64,000 bases of DNA. Source: Octopus sinensis (lineage: Eukaryota). The stretch spans positions 40,362,001-40,426,000 of the forward strand of contig NC_043006.1 in assembly GCF_006345805.1 (NCBI RefSeq), read 5' to 3'. Under the pieces are notes generated by a model, which had not been told where the DNA came from, ran no database searches, and saw nothing but the letters and a program-made list of their open reading frames with translations. Position 1 is the stretch's first letter; each line of letters opens with the position of its first letter. Shown here in pieces: positions 13,721 to 26,899 of this stretch. The position numbers and the translations under genes are program-made.

Positions 13721-15847
13721 CACTGACAAACAGACATACATTATTTTTAATTGGCAGAACTCAAGAACATTGAATCACTTTGTAACTCTTGCCATACTTT
13801 CTTAATTTCCAGTTTATTTTTTGCCTTATTTCTTCTGCCTTAAACTTTCAAGTTCACATTCACAAGGGATTTATGAGATGCATTTATCATTACAAAGAAC
13901 TATGGGATATATCCTCTCTGCCCATCCCACACCTGTTCCAAAATACCAGCTCTTCTAGTTGCCTATGGCAATAGTTGAAAGTAGCTGCTGCTAGTAGCAG
14001 AATGGTAAGTTGTCTGCCAGTAGCAGCTAAAATGCAAACTGATCTAAAAGCACGGTGCTTGCAACACAACTTAGAACTACTGACACCACCACACTGCCAT
14101 CCTCAACAACAACACCTACACAAGACCAGCACCATTACCACCTGTTTATGAGTGAAGTAGTCAAGCAACCAAACAGTAGAAACAACAACATAGAGCTTAC
14201 TGAAGGAAAGATGATTGGGGGGGGGGGGCATAAAGTGCTCCCGTCAAAAAATTTTTTTTTTTTTTTTTTTTAAATAAGAACTGCTATACGAAATATTTAC
14301 AGTTAAAATATCAGTAACAGCAGATAAGTTTCCTCTTTGCAGCCTTGAAAAAGAAAAACTTACAAATTAACCAAGATCAAGGCAAGGTTGTGTAGCTGTG
14401 TGGTTACAAAACAAACTTTGTAATCAAATATGGTTTCAGGCTCAGTCCCATTGTGTGGCACCCTGGGCAAGTGTCTTCTACTATAGCCCTGTCAGATGAA
14501 AACTGCGTATATGTTGTGTGTGTGTGTGTTGTGTGTGTGTGTGTGTGTCTTTGTGTTTAAGTTTGTTCCCTGCCATTGCTTGACATCCAGTGTAGGTTTG
14601 TTTATGCCCCCATTACTTAGCAGTTTGGCACAAAAGACCAATAGAGTAAGTTCCAAACTTACAAAGTAAATCCAGAGGTGTTTTCATTCAACTAAACCCC
14701 ACCAGGTGGTGCCTCAGCATGGCTGCAGTTCAATGATTGAAACAAGTAAAGATAAAAGATATACACTATTTAATGACTTTACAAAATTAAGCTAATCACA
14801 AACTAGTGTACAGTGTTTTCTTCATAGGAACAAGATCTTAAAAAGACCAAATCTTAAATTTCAGGATAGCAACTCAACAATAAAGACATGATAGGTTTAG
14901 CTGATGTACAGATGAAAGAATTCTTCATATCTAAGCTCAAAGAGATCAGAAAGAGTTATTTACTAATGACAATTCACCAAAAATGGCTAATCAGAGGTCA
15001 AAGGATTCTTTGAACAATGAGTCCTTTCATATCACAAGAGAGCTCTAAGAGACCTGGAAAAAAGTTATACAAGAGTGGATGATGAGATTTCCTAAGAAAA
15101 ACACAAAACTGGACATTTTGAAAGAAGAGTACAGTATGATATTATACCAATCACTGGTTTTAAGACTGGTACTTATTGAAGGAACCTCTATTTGTCCAAC
15201 TGACTAGAGAGAAATAACAGTTCCCAGGCCATGCTGCAAAATGATTGGTGATAGGAGGTCATCCAACCATAAAAAAGTTGGTATATGTTGCTACAGGGAA
15301 AAATATGCTTGAAATCTGTCCAACCCATGCACATAAGGAAAAAAGACAGATGATGATGACAACAAAGATCATGATGATATGCTCATCATCATCAACATCA
15401 TTTAATGTTCATTGTCCGTGCTGGCATGGATTAGTCGGTTTGACAGGAGCTGAAAAGCTGGAGAGCTGCACCATCCACCATTTGTCTGTGTTGGTATGGT
15501 TTCTATGGCTGGATGCCCTTCATAATGCCAACCACTTAACAGAGTGTAGTGGATGCTTTTTACATGGGACAGAATGGATGCTTATTATCGTATGGCACCA
15601 GAATGAATGCTCCTTGCATGGCACCAGCACAAGTGACTTTCACATGGTACCTGCACAGGTGCTTTTTACACGGCACCAACATGGGTGCTTTTCCTGTGAC
15701 ACCAACAGGTCCTTTTTATGTGGCACAAGCACCAATGAGGTTGCCAAGTAGCCATCAAGACAAAGACCTCTCAGCTGAAAGAGGGAATAAAAGTGAGAGA
15801 AGTGACTGTGTGCCAGGCAAGAGGTTAGAGTGTATCCTACAATATAG

Positions 15848-16116
15848 CAATGGTTCCCAAAGTGGGTGGTATTGCCCCCTCTGGTAGGGGTGGAAAGTTC
15901 CAAGGGGACGTTGAAGAAAAGTGGGGCGATAATGGGGTAGCGATTCATAACAAAATAATGGGTTCATTTGGTTAAGTTTTATTTGTGAATTACAGTTGCT
16001 TTGAATTTGATTCAGAAAGTGGTCAATGTTTGTGATGGTTAGTTGGAGGGGGGGGCACTAGGAATGTGATCCGGCTGTCAAGGGGGCGGTAGCCCGCAAA
16101 AGTTTGGGAACCACTG
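15848..16116. mobile_element. hAT (Charlie-like) MITE
   Basis: Termini CAATGGTTCCCAAA / TTTGGGAACCACTG; 8-bp flanks CAATATAG/CAATCGAG (6/8). Confidence 0.7.
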
Positions 16117-17145
16117 CAATCGAGAGACAAATGATGATGGCAAGGATGACAACAATGATGGTGATGATGGCTGATTTCTTATAAAAACTGAGATAATTGT
16201 AAGAAATATTATTAGCTAAGCGGAGTGAATGAACTGAAAATAGCTCAACAGGAGAATTGAACCAGTGTCACAGAATCAGCTGGCTCGGATCCCAGACATC
16301 ACACATATAACAAAATGGTGTATACATATGTATATGGGTGGGTGAGCACATGGTTTTGCTTGCGTAGGCACATATTTGTGTGAAAAGACCTTCCTCAACA
16401 ACAAGCTCTATTGTGCAAGGAAATCCAATGATAACAGTAAATGAAAACAATAACGAGCCACCCACACAAAACATACCCCTCCCCCACCCAGTCCACATCA
16501 TATACAACACCACCACAGAACATTAAAAACGTAAATAACACAACTGACTGGAGACACTATTAGTCATTACCCCCACCACCACCACACACAATCCCTGATT
16601 GCTGACATCACTTAGCACGGAAATACTTATTCCAGCCTGATCCACACACTCAGACACAATCACTAAAGTCATGGTCATATAACCATTACATCCCCCTCCA
16701 CACACACACACACTTTTCTCCCCCCCCCCCATCACTACAGACAATGTCAGTTATTCCGACCACATGCATAACTTTTCATCTTTCATTCGTGTCAGTTGTG
16801 GGACTGAGGCCATGCTGGAGTGTAGCCTTGAAGGATCTAGTCAAAAAAACCGACACCAGCACTTATTTTTTTTTTTTAAACTTTGTCACTTATTCTATCA
16901 GTTTCTTTTGCCAAACTGCTAAGATATGGGGACATAAACAAACGAACACCAGTTGTCAACTGGTGGAAGTCAAAAAACAAAAAACACAGATACACACGTG
17001 AATGTATGTATATATATATATATACACACACACACACATGTGTATGTGTGTGTGGGGGTATATTTTCACTTAGGCATAGCAAGGCTAATAACTGGTGTAG
17101 AACTCAATATATGTTTCAGAAAAAAGTGTCAGATAAGTCTAGAGT

Positions 17146-17480
17146 ATTATTTACATTCGACATTTGTTCTCATCTTGTTTGTTGTTAACACAATGTTTCA
17201 GGGCTCGAGGAAATTTCGAACCTGGGTTCTCATTCCTAAAGGGTTCTTTCTTTCCCCCATTTAAGTCTCATGTCGGCTCCGTACCGATTAGATAATAAAT
17301 TTCTATATTTAAGAGATGAGGAATTATGTACATTATTTCCCCAAGACACCTGAAGAAGGCTGGAGAGTACATCAGCCGAAACGTTGTGTCAACAACAAAC
17401 AAGATGAGGACAAATATCCATCAAATGTAAATAATGTAAGTATTGTACATAATTCCTCATCTCTTAAATATAGAACTGTA
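17146..17480. mobile_element. Rearranged copy of the same Penelope-like arm in both orientations
   Basis: Contains the arm in - orientation (17146-17240), a reversed tail fragment, then the arm in + orientation (17338-17475). Confidence 0.6.
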
Positions 17481-20400
17481 GATTCTAGAGCAGTAATACG
17501 AAAAAGAAATGACAAAGGAAAAACAATGGTTATGTTAAGTTCATAACATAACCTTTGTGCCATATATATGCTTGCACACACAGAAACAGGCTTCTATACA
17601 GTTTCCATACAGCTTTCAGGCTTTCACACAGTTTCTGCCACCAAATTCACAAGGCATTGATTGGTCTGAAACTACAGAAGTCATCTACTTTAAGTGCCAC
17701 ACTGTGGAACTGGAACCAAAGATATGTGGTTGTAAAAGAAGATTCTTAACCACACAGCTATGCCTAGGGAGACTTGTATGTAATGGGCAACTGATAGTAT
17801 TCCTCAAAAATAATCTTGCCCAGACTAGCACTGAGGCCATGCAACATATACATATACACAGAGGCTTAGCTAGGGTGGAGCAAGCAGGACACATGCCCTG
17901 GTTGCCACTTTGAGGCGGGTGCAACTTTGGCCAAGATAATTTTTTAATTAAGCCACTTTTTGGTTGGGGCGGGGATGCAATTTTGATGCTTGCCCTGGGC
18001 ACCATTTACCCTAGATAGGCGCCTGCATATATGTGATTCTTCGATAACATGATTAAAAATGAAATTAAAACATTGACATACTGGGGTATAAAAGTTTGCG
18101 ATCCCTGATATAAACAATGTCGCCATTCTAGCCATTCACACTCAAACACCATTCTTCAATTTCATCAACCCTGGAAAATAGTTATTCCAATAAAACAAAC
18201 ACACACACATTAATACTTTTTACCAATAAGCTACATCTTAATCATCATCATCGTCGTTTAACATCTGCCTTCCATGCTAGCATGGGTGGGATGGTTTCAC
18301 AAGAGCTGGCCAGGCAGAAGCCTGTACCAGACTTCTGTAACTGTTTTGCCAGGATTTTCACAGTTGGATGCCCTTCCTAACACCAACCATTCAGCAGAGT
18401 GGACTTAATGCTTTTTATGTTGCACAAGCACAGGTGAGATCAGTTTTGGCAAGGTTTTTTTCAACTGGATGCCCTTCCGAACACCAACCACTCAGCAGAG
18501 TGGACTGGGTGCTCTTAAGTGGTACCTGCACTGACAGGGTCACCAAGTACTTGCAAGACAAAAAAAGTTCATATTTTATACATGGAATGATAGACAATAT
18601 CTACATGGTGGAGGTGGAACGTTGTCCAGCAGGATAGCAAAATAATGGGGATGGGGAGATCTTTATGAAAGAGCTCAAGGCCACTAATTTTATGGGACCG
18701 GGGGTTAATTCAATTACATCAACCCCAGTGCTCAGCTGGTACTTGTTTTATCAACCCTGAAAGGATGAAGGGCAAAGTCAACCTCAAAGAAGTGCCTTTA
18801 TAAGCATCTTCACCAGTGTGCTAATGACTTTGCAAGCTTGCCACTTTAATAATAATCCTTTCTACTATAGGCACAAGGCCTGAAATTTGGGGGGAAGGGA
18901 GTCAGTCAATTAGATTGACCCCAGTATGCAACTGGTACTTAATTTATCAACCCCCCCACTTCCAGAGGGATGAAAGGCAAAGTTAACCTTGGCACAATTT
19001 GGACTCAGAATGTAACAGCAGACAAAATACCACTAAGTATTTCACCCAGTGTGCTAACAATTCTGCCAGCTTGCTGCCTTTGATAATAATAATAATAATG
19101 TTCCTTTCTAAATAGGCACGAGGACTAAAATTTTCTGGAAGGGGGCAAGTCATTTACATCAACCCCAGTGTCCTGCTCTTACAGGTACTTATTTTATCAA
19201 CCCCCAAAAATATGAAGACAAATTTGATCTCAGCAGGATTTGAACTCGGATCATGAGAATGGATGGTGTTAAGCATTGTCAGGTTACATCAACCCCAGTA
19301 TCTGGGTGGTAATTTATTTATTGATGCTGAAGGGATGAAAGGCAAAGTTGACCTCAATAAGATTTTGAACACAGAACAGAAAGCACTGGGGCACAAGGCC
19401 TGAAAGTTAAAAGAAGGGAATAATTAATTACACTGTACTCGACTGACATTAATTGGCCCCAGAAAAATGGTAGGTCTGAAAATTTTCTTTTACTTGTTCC
19501 AGCCATTAGACTGCGGCCATGCTGGGGCACTGCCTTGAAGAACTTTTAAGCCTGGTACATATTTTATCAGTCTCCACTCACAAGGGTACTGGTGGGCCCA
19601 AGGCTATAATTAAAGACACTTGCCATGCAGTGGGATTGAACCTAAAATTACATGTTTGGGAAGCAAGCCTCTTAACCACACAGTTATACCTGTAAAATTA
19701 CGATATATATATATATATATATTTTACAAGGTTTGGAGGTGATGTACAGGTATTATATAATAAGGTACTCAAAAATCTGGATGGTTGTACATTTACAGAT
19801 TTTTATTAATATGTCACATGTTTTATAAATCATATATTAGCGCTGACTCTGACTCCTCTTCATGTAATTAAGTGACTGTGATCTACATACCTCATAAAGC
19901 ATATGCATATGCTTGTACTCTGAGTAGGCCTTAATGTTATAACCAGTTTATATTAAAGAACAAAGAGTCAGAGTTGATATAGTTTTACCGACTCCGGCTC
20001 CAGCTACTTCTTAAAAGTTTCCGACTCCTCTATATAATTAAGTGATTGTGGTTTATTATACTCTGACTCTAGATACCCCTTAATTGACTCCGACTCCACA
20101 GCCCTGCTTCCAGTTCACTCAGTGGTAAATGAGTTTCAGCCAAGTTAGTCCTGCAATGGACCTGCACCCTGTCCCGAGAGGAGTGTTATAGTCACCATGG
20201 AAACCAGTTTCAGCTCCAGCCTTTTGATTCCTAGAGCTCGCGACAACCCTAAACTAAAGAAGTCCATCATGTGAATGTGAGTTCATGTTTCCCCTCACCT
20301 TTACCTTGTGTTCGTTGAGTGTAAACAAAAGCCTCATTGTCCATTCATACAGATGGTGTCCTTTGCTTGCTGTCCACGAGGGAAGCATATCCAGGCCCCA

Positions 20401-21299
20401 GGCTCGTTAACATACCATGATGTTGTGCAATCTTTGTAAACAAATGTCCTATCTAAGTGATATAATTTATTTCCAGTTCTCTGGGTCACCATATCCAGAC
20501 CATCTGTTGTTCAATAGATTGGGGATGAGGCAAGTTTATACCTCAACTGGAAACAGGTGAGGGGGTGACATCAAGAAAGGCATACAAAATCTCTACTTAT
20601 TCTTTCAATCTCTTTTGCCAAACTGCTAAGTTATGGGGATGTAAACAAATCAATACTGGTTGTCAGGAAGTGTGGGGGATGCATGTGTGTGTGTGTTTGC
20701 TTATAACAGCTATCCATAGTTTCCATCTACCAAATTTACACAAAAGACATTGGTCAGCTTGGAGCTGTAGTACAAGACACTCAACCAAAATGCCATGCAG
20801 TGGGACTGAATCCAAAACTACGTCGTTGGGAAGCAAGGTTCTGAAGCACACAGTCATGCCTGTGTTTATATATCTTTCTCTTTCCCTTGTAGAGTCTGAA
20901 GAAAAGACCACATCTATTAGCTTTGCAGACCATCGAAGATGCAGGTGGCTAATGCCTACCAATAATGTTCCAGTCACACTGCTGCAGATCAACACCAATA
21001 GGCGGGTGAAGATTCGAGAGAGATGATATTCCTGGGGGTGGGGGAAAAGGACTGATCATTAATGATTAGTGCAGGGACAAGAAGGCTCAACGCATTGAGA
21101 GTGACAGGAGGTGGAAAAGAAAAAGTTTTCAGGTGCCTGAGTGGTGCATCTAAGGAACAGAGGCTGTTATAGCAGCAATAAAAAAGAATGAGCGAGAAGA
21201 CAAGGTAGCTGCAGGCAAGAGGCTGGAGCACGTCCTTTCGTGACTGAATTTCAAGTAGTTAAGTGGTCCTTACTGAACACATACACACATTTATACACA

Positions 21300-21314
21300 C
21301 ACAAAGAAATATAC

Positions 21315-21345
<31 letters not shown>

Positions 21346-21900
21346 CATATATAAATATATATATATATACATATATAAACAAATATATATATACATATAT
21401 AAATATATATATATATACATATATAAACAAATATATATATACATATATAAATATATATATATATACATATATAAATATATATATATATACATATATAAAC
21501 AAATATATATATACATATATATATATATATTATATATATATATATACATATATAATATATATATATATATACACAAACAAATATATAAATACACACACAC
21601 ATATAAACAAATATATATATACACATAAACAAATATATATATATATACACATAAACAAATATATATATACATATAGCGCGGAAAACGGACGTTAAATGAT
21701 GATGATGATGATGATATACACACACATATATATTAATATACATATAAACATATATATATATATATACATATACACACACACATATATATATTAATATACA
21801 TATAAACATATATATATATATATATACATATATACACACACATATATATATTAATATACATATAAACAAATATATTATATATATATATATATATATATAG
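21300..21900. repeat. Compound (TA)n-based higher-order microsatellite
   Basis: Repeating ATATATAC-ATATATAAA(CAA) and CACACATATATATTAATATACATATAAAC units. Confidence 0.9.
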
Positions 21901-22039
21901 AAGGGCATCCAGCTGAAGAAACACTGCCAGATCACACTGGAGCCTGGTGCAGCCTTCTGGCTTCCTAGCCCCCAGTCAAACATAACCCATGCTAGCATGG
22001 AAAGCGGACGTTAAACGATGATATATATATATATATCAT

Positions 22040-22565
22040 CATCATCATCATCATTTAACGTCCGCTTTCCATGCTAGCATGGGTTGGACGGTTCAACTGG
22101 GGTCTGGGGAGCCCGAAAGCTGCACCAGTCCAGTCAGATCTGGCAGTGTTTCTACAGCTGGATGCCCTTCCTAACGCCAACCACTCCGAGAGTGTAGTGG
22201 GTGATTTTATGTGCCACACCGACACAGGTGCCAGACGAGGCTGGCAAACGGCCACGCTCGGATGGTGTTTTTTATGTGCCACCGCCACACAGGTGCAGAC
22301 AAGCTGCAGACCAGCCACGCTCGGATGGTGTTTTTATGTGCCACCGACACAGGTGCCAGATGAGGCTGGCAAACGGCCACGATCGGATTGTGTTTGTTAC
22401 GTGCCCACAGCACGGAGGCCAGTCGATGCGGTACTGGCTACGGCCACGTTCGGATGGTTTTCTTGTTTGCCATGTGCCACCGGCACTGGTACCACAAAGA
22501 TACAAATTCCATTGATGTCATCTATTTTGATTTGTTTTGATTTGATTTTCACTTGCCTCAACAGG
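22040..22565 (-). mobile_element. SINE family C ((ATG)n tail, RTE-like 3' end) with internal ~60-bp tandem repeats
   Basis: Shares GGATGCCCTTCCTAACGCCAACCACTC and CATGCTAGCATGGAAAGCGGACGTTAAACGATGATG with copies at about 12890, 15385, 37720, 41790, 42520, 56160 and 59470. Confidence 0.75.
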
Positions 22566-22570
22566 TCTTC

Positions 22571-22613
<43 letters not shown>

Positions 22614-23444
22614 CACACACACACACATATAAAGAAAATGGACAGATGATGCTGATATATGAGCAAGTTGTGTATTGGTGACAGTTGTGTGTAAGGATTG
22701 TTGGCTAGTGGGATGGATACAAAAAAAATGTTATATTCACAGCATCCATTTACCATTTTGCTATAAATGCTTTTACAGGTATATTTCAGCAATTCTCTCT
22801 GAAGTTACTCATCTAAGCAATCCTTCCATTACTCAGAGATTCTGTGTGTATGTGTGTGTGTATTTGCATGTGTAATAGATACATCTGTTACAGGCATGTA
22901 GGTTGTCTTATTTTTATATCTTTTTGATACACAAACACACATATACACCAACAAGTAATGAAATGGCGGAAGTAAAGAAAAATAACTCAGACGTTATTGA
23001 AGTTGGCAAAATATCATCAGAGGATGATACGTGAAGAAAATGAAAACGAAAGGCAAGGTGTTCTCCATCACCTACTACTCTCATGATGGTGGTGAAACTG
23101 GTTATAACATAGATGCAAGGCTTGAAATTTAGAGGGAGTAAATTGCTTTTAATTTACTGTTATAATTTATCCTGGATTTTATGTACCACTTAAACATGGG
23201 GCAAAGTTTGAAAATGAAGGGAGAAAATATACTAAGATTTAACACTAAATAAAGGGTGCGCTTTAAAGATGAGTAAAAACGGTAATCGGGTACTCAATCC
23301 CAGAACTTGACTCGTATTTTATATTATAGCCTCTGGTGGAATGAAAAGTAAAACTGGTTTTGACAGGATTTGAAACCAGAAGATATTAGAAGTTCCGATG
23401 CTCAAACGATTCCACCAATCCATGAAGCAATGACCTTTTCTTTA

Positions 23445-23914
23445 TTAAGCCATTAAGTCCCAGACTACTTAAATTTCTGAACATTACTTTAAAATTTTCA
23501 CAGATGATTGAAAATAGACTAAAATGAAAAAAAAAAAAATCAATTATTAAGACTCTTTACTTCAAGTAGAAATGGAAATACTCGGTGTCCTATAAATAGG
23601 ACACTGAGACAATGTGATATAGCTTATTTAATGTTTTCATTTAGTGTCCTATTTATAGGACAGTGGGACTTAATGAGTTAATCTTTTCTACTCTAGACAC
23701 AAGGCCCAAAATTTGTTGGGAGGGGGCCAGTCGATTAGACCGACCCCAGTACACAACTGGTACTTAATTTATTGACCCCAAAATGATGAAAGGCAAAGTC
23801 AGCCTCGGCGGAATTTGAACTCAGAATGGAAAGGCAGACTAAAATACCGCTAAGCATTTCGCCCAGCATGCTAACGTTTCTGCCAGTTCGCCGCCTTGGG
23901 ACTTAATGGGTTAA
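23445..23914. mobile_element. piggyBac-like MITE with a family B SINE inserted at its right end
   Basis: TTAAGCCATTAAGTCCC ... GGGACTTAATGGGTTAA termini; two internal GTCCTAT(A/T)(A/T)ATAGGAC palindromes; SINE at about 23679-23897. Confidence 0.6.
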
Positions 23915-25649
23915 CACAGAAAAGTGACAGAGGAAAAGGACAGGTTACAAAATATATCAGGGGTAGGATATAAAGAAAACGAATGAAATGAAAAAAATAC
24001 CACTGCATTCACAGGTACAAGGACACAACTTTGGATGGGGCGGGGGTGAAGGTAATATAACTGGTCTTAATGTATATGACAAGTACTTATTTACTCCAGT
24101 CCCCACCCAAGAAAATGACTATCAAACTCAATGTACAAAGACAATTATAACGATGATAATGATGGAGAGTGATAATGATGATATTTTTATTTGCCACAAG
24201 GGTAATACAAATACAGTATTTTCAAGTGTAAAGGTAACCAGTGTGTATTATATGCGACATATGTAATAATTCCTATTGTTATTATTGTTGGTCGAGTTTG
24301 CTTTTCATCTATTTGGAGGGGTGGGGTCAATAAAATAAATACCAGTTAAGTACTGGGGTCGATGTAATCGACTTCACCCCCTCCCTTCAAAAACTGCTGA
24401 CCCTGTGCCAAAAACTTGAAGCCATTATTATTACTATTATTATTATTTCGTCGGTCGTTACGTTCTGAGTTCAAATTGCGCCGAGGTCGACTTTACCGTT
24501 CATCTTTTCGGAGATCGATAAATTAAGTACCAGTTGAATACTGGGGTCGATGTAATCGACTATCCCCCTCCCCAAAATTTCAAACCTTGTGCCTGTTATA
24601 GAAAGGATTATTATTATTATTATTATATCCTCCATTTTAGGTGATCGCTACCAGACACTTGGATCGATGCTTTCGACCTAACCCCTTACCTTCAAAAGTG
24701 CTGACCTTGTGCCTAAATTAGATGCAATTACTTCTCTAATTATCATCACCATCATCATCATCTTATATGATAATAGTAATCGTTTTCTACTTACCAAGTA
24801 CGGTACGTAATCCTACTCTTAGCTCAAGTTTGCCTGGAGAGAGAGAGAGAGAGAGAAAAAAAGAATGACAGATTAATACATATAAGAATGGGCACTACTT
24901 AAATATAGAGGTCCTAATGCATCTCCGTAACGATTTGTTCTTACAGTGCACACTCGTTAGGGGTCAGGGTTAGTTTTAGAGTTACGTAGATGCGTAGGGA
25001 ACTCTCTAAGTAGTACCTAAGAATGTTTATTTACAGAACCGTAAGCATGTAAAATAATTGACCCATCTCTCTCTTTCTCACGCACACACAGACACTATAT
25101 ATATATATATGGCGATGCGATCTACACACACATATACATAGATACATACACACGCACACATACATGCATGCATATACACATACACCGAGTAAAAAATTTC
25201 AGTTATCTCTTTCTTTCACACACACTAACAAAAGCACTTCACTTACACAACATACTGTCTGTCTCCCACACCCCATCAAACACACACACACACACATGTA
25301 CATCAATGCTTGCCATGCACGGTAACTTCAAAAGAACTTCCCTCGTCATACAATCGCTTTCTCTTAGTCTCTTTCGCTCTCATTACTTCAAAAGTTCCCG
25401 CAAGCCCATATGTAAAAAAAAAATTTTTTTTTACGGAAATCGACGGAAAGGTCTACTAGAGACGAAAGATCGCCTTATATATATATACGTTGGTCGAATT
25501 AGTCTTAAAACTTGCCCGATTACCCTATCTACGTACTCTCGGATGAAATTCACAGTAGCAACAGAGTGACCCGATCAAAACAAAAACTATATATATTATT
25601 AATCTCTACAATGGTATCGAGTACTCGTTTGTCCGACAGACAAAATTAA

Positions 25650-25691
<42 letters not shown>

Positions 25692-26522
25692 CAACGCGCA
25701 TTAGTACGCTTTGACTAAATTGCTTCTCACCTTTTGTGTTCCGCTGTGTTTGAAATAAAGTAGAAAAGAGAACGTGTTAATTATTAAGATAGTGATAATA
25801 ATAAATATTAATGTACGTTTGTTTCCTTAGTTCCTAAGTATCCACAGTTTTGCTGGTAAAATAGCCGTCACTTCGCGTCGGAACTAAGGAGTAAACTGAG
25901 AGATATGAAAAAAAAAATACTATGAAGGAACGGAAAGAGAGTAAGAGCAAGAGACGGAGGTGGAGAGAGAGAGAGAGAGAGAGAAAGAAACCGTAAGAGT
26001 GAAAGACGGAGTGAGATACAGAGATAGAAAGAAAGACAACATGAGAGGGGGAGATAGAGATATAGAGTTAGATATAAAGAGACAGAGCGAGAGGGGGAGG
26101 GCGTGAGATTTGCTATGTAGGAGGAATGAAGAAAGTTGGGTCTTAAGTTTTTAGAAGTTTAACCACATGTCATTGTGTTTTTCTGCGTGTAAGATATTAA
26201 TTAGTACACCCAGAGAATGGGTGGGGACGTGAACAAAAAGAGAGCAGGGGGGAGGGGTGATTAAATTATTCACACCTACAAGTAGTAAGTCATATTTCCA
26301 CCAGGGTGTAGGTGTGTGCGTGTATATATATATAAATATACACGCGCGCTATACAACATATATATATAGGGATGGATAACGCAGCTTACGTTAATTCGAG
26401 TTACGTCTTTTTCGACTCGACGTCGGCCCGAGCGAATACATTTAAAGGTATAAAATTGTAGAATACAAAAAAAAAACCAATACCGAAGTGGGAAATCAAA
26501 TAAATAAAAAATACGCGTGAAA

Positions 26523-26554
<32 letters not shown>

Positions 26555-26899
26555 ACCATTATTAAAACAAATATAAGATTATTTTTCTTTTAATTTTCAT
26601 GTTACGTAATTTTTCGAATTAAGTCATGTCATGAAACTTATTACCGATGTAAGTTGAGGTACGCCAGCGTACGTGTATGTATGTATATATATATACACAC
26701 ACCCAGAGAGAAAAGTTTGGTAAAACAAACACAATAGAGAACTCAATAAATGAGTGTATAATATATATATATATATATATTCAAAGAGCAATAAAGATTC
26801 AAGTTAATTTAAAAAATTTACTTGAATATGGTACCTAACTTAGATGCACCAAAAAAAACTATACTGATTTAACAATACAGTAATGTGGGGTGATTATAA

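Noticed and set aside
13930-14012. Strong plus-strand donor AATG|GTAAGT near 14005
   Set aside because: All three frames upstream contain stops and there is no partner exon; it cannot be supported as coding.
21240-21998. Long ORFs rich in I/Y/T/C (also 44495-44962, 5851-6119 and others)
   Set aside because: They are translations of (TA)n/(CA)n microsatellites, not proteins.
22200-22460. Regularly spaced ~60-bp repeats resembling a repeat-spacer (CRISPR-like) array
   Set aside because: The whole unit repeats with no unique spacers. It is the internal tandem repeat of SINE family C in a eukaryotic genome, and no cas genes are present.
22055-22649. ORFs of 60-190 aa overlapping SINE copies (also 15245-15948, 28331-28852, 37638-38042, 42500-42867)
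   Set aside because: They lie entirely in dispersed SINE families, occur on both strands, and show no protein motifs.
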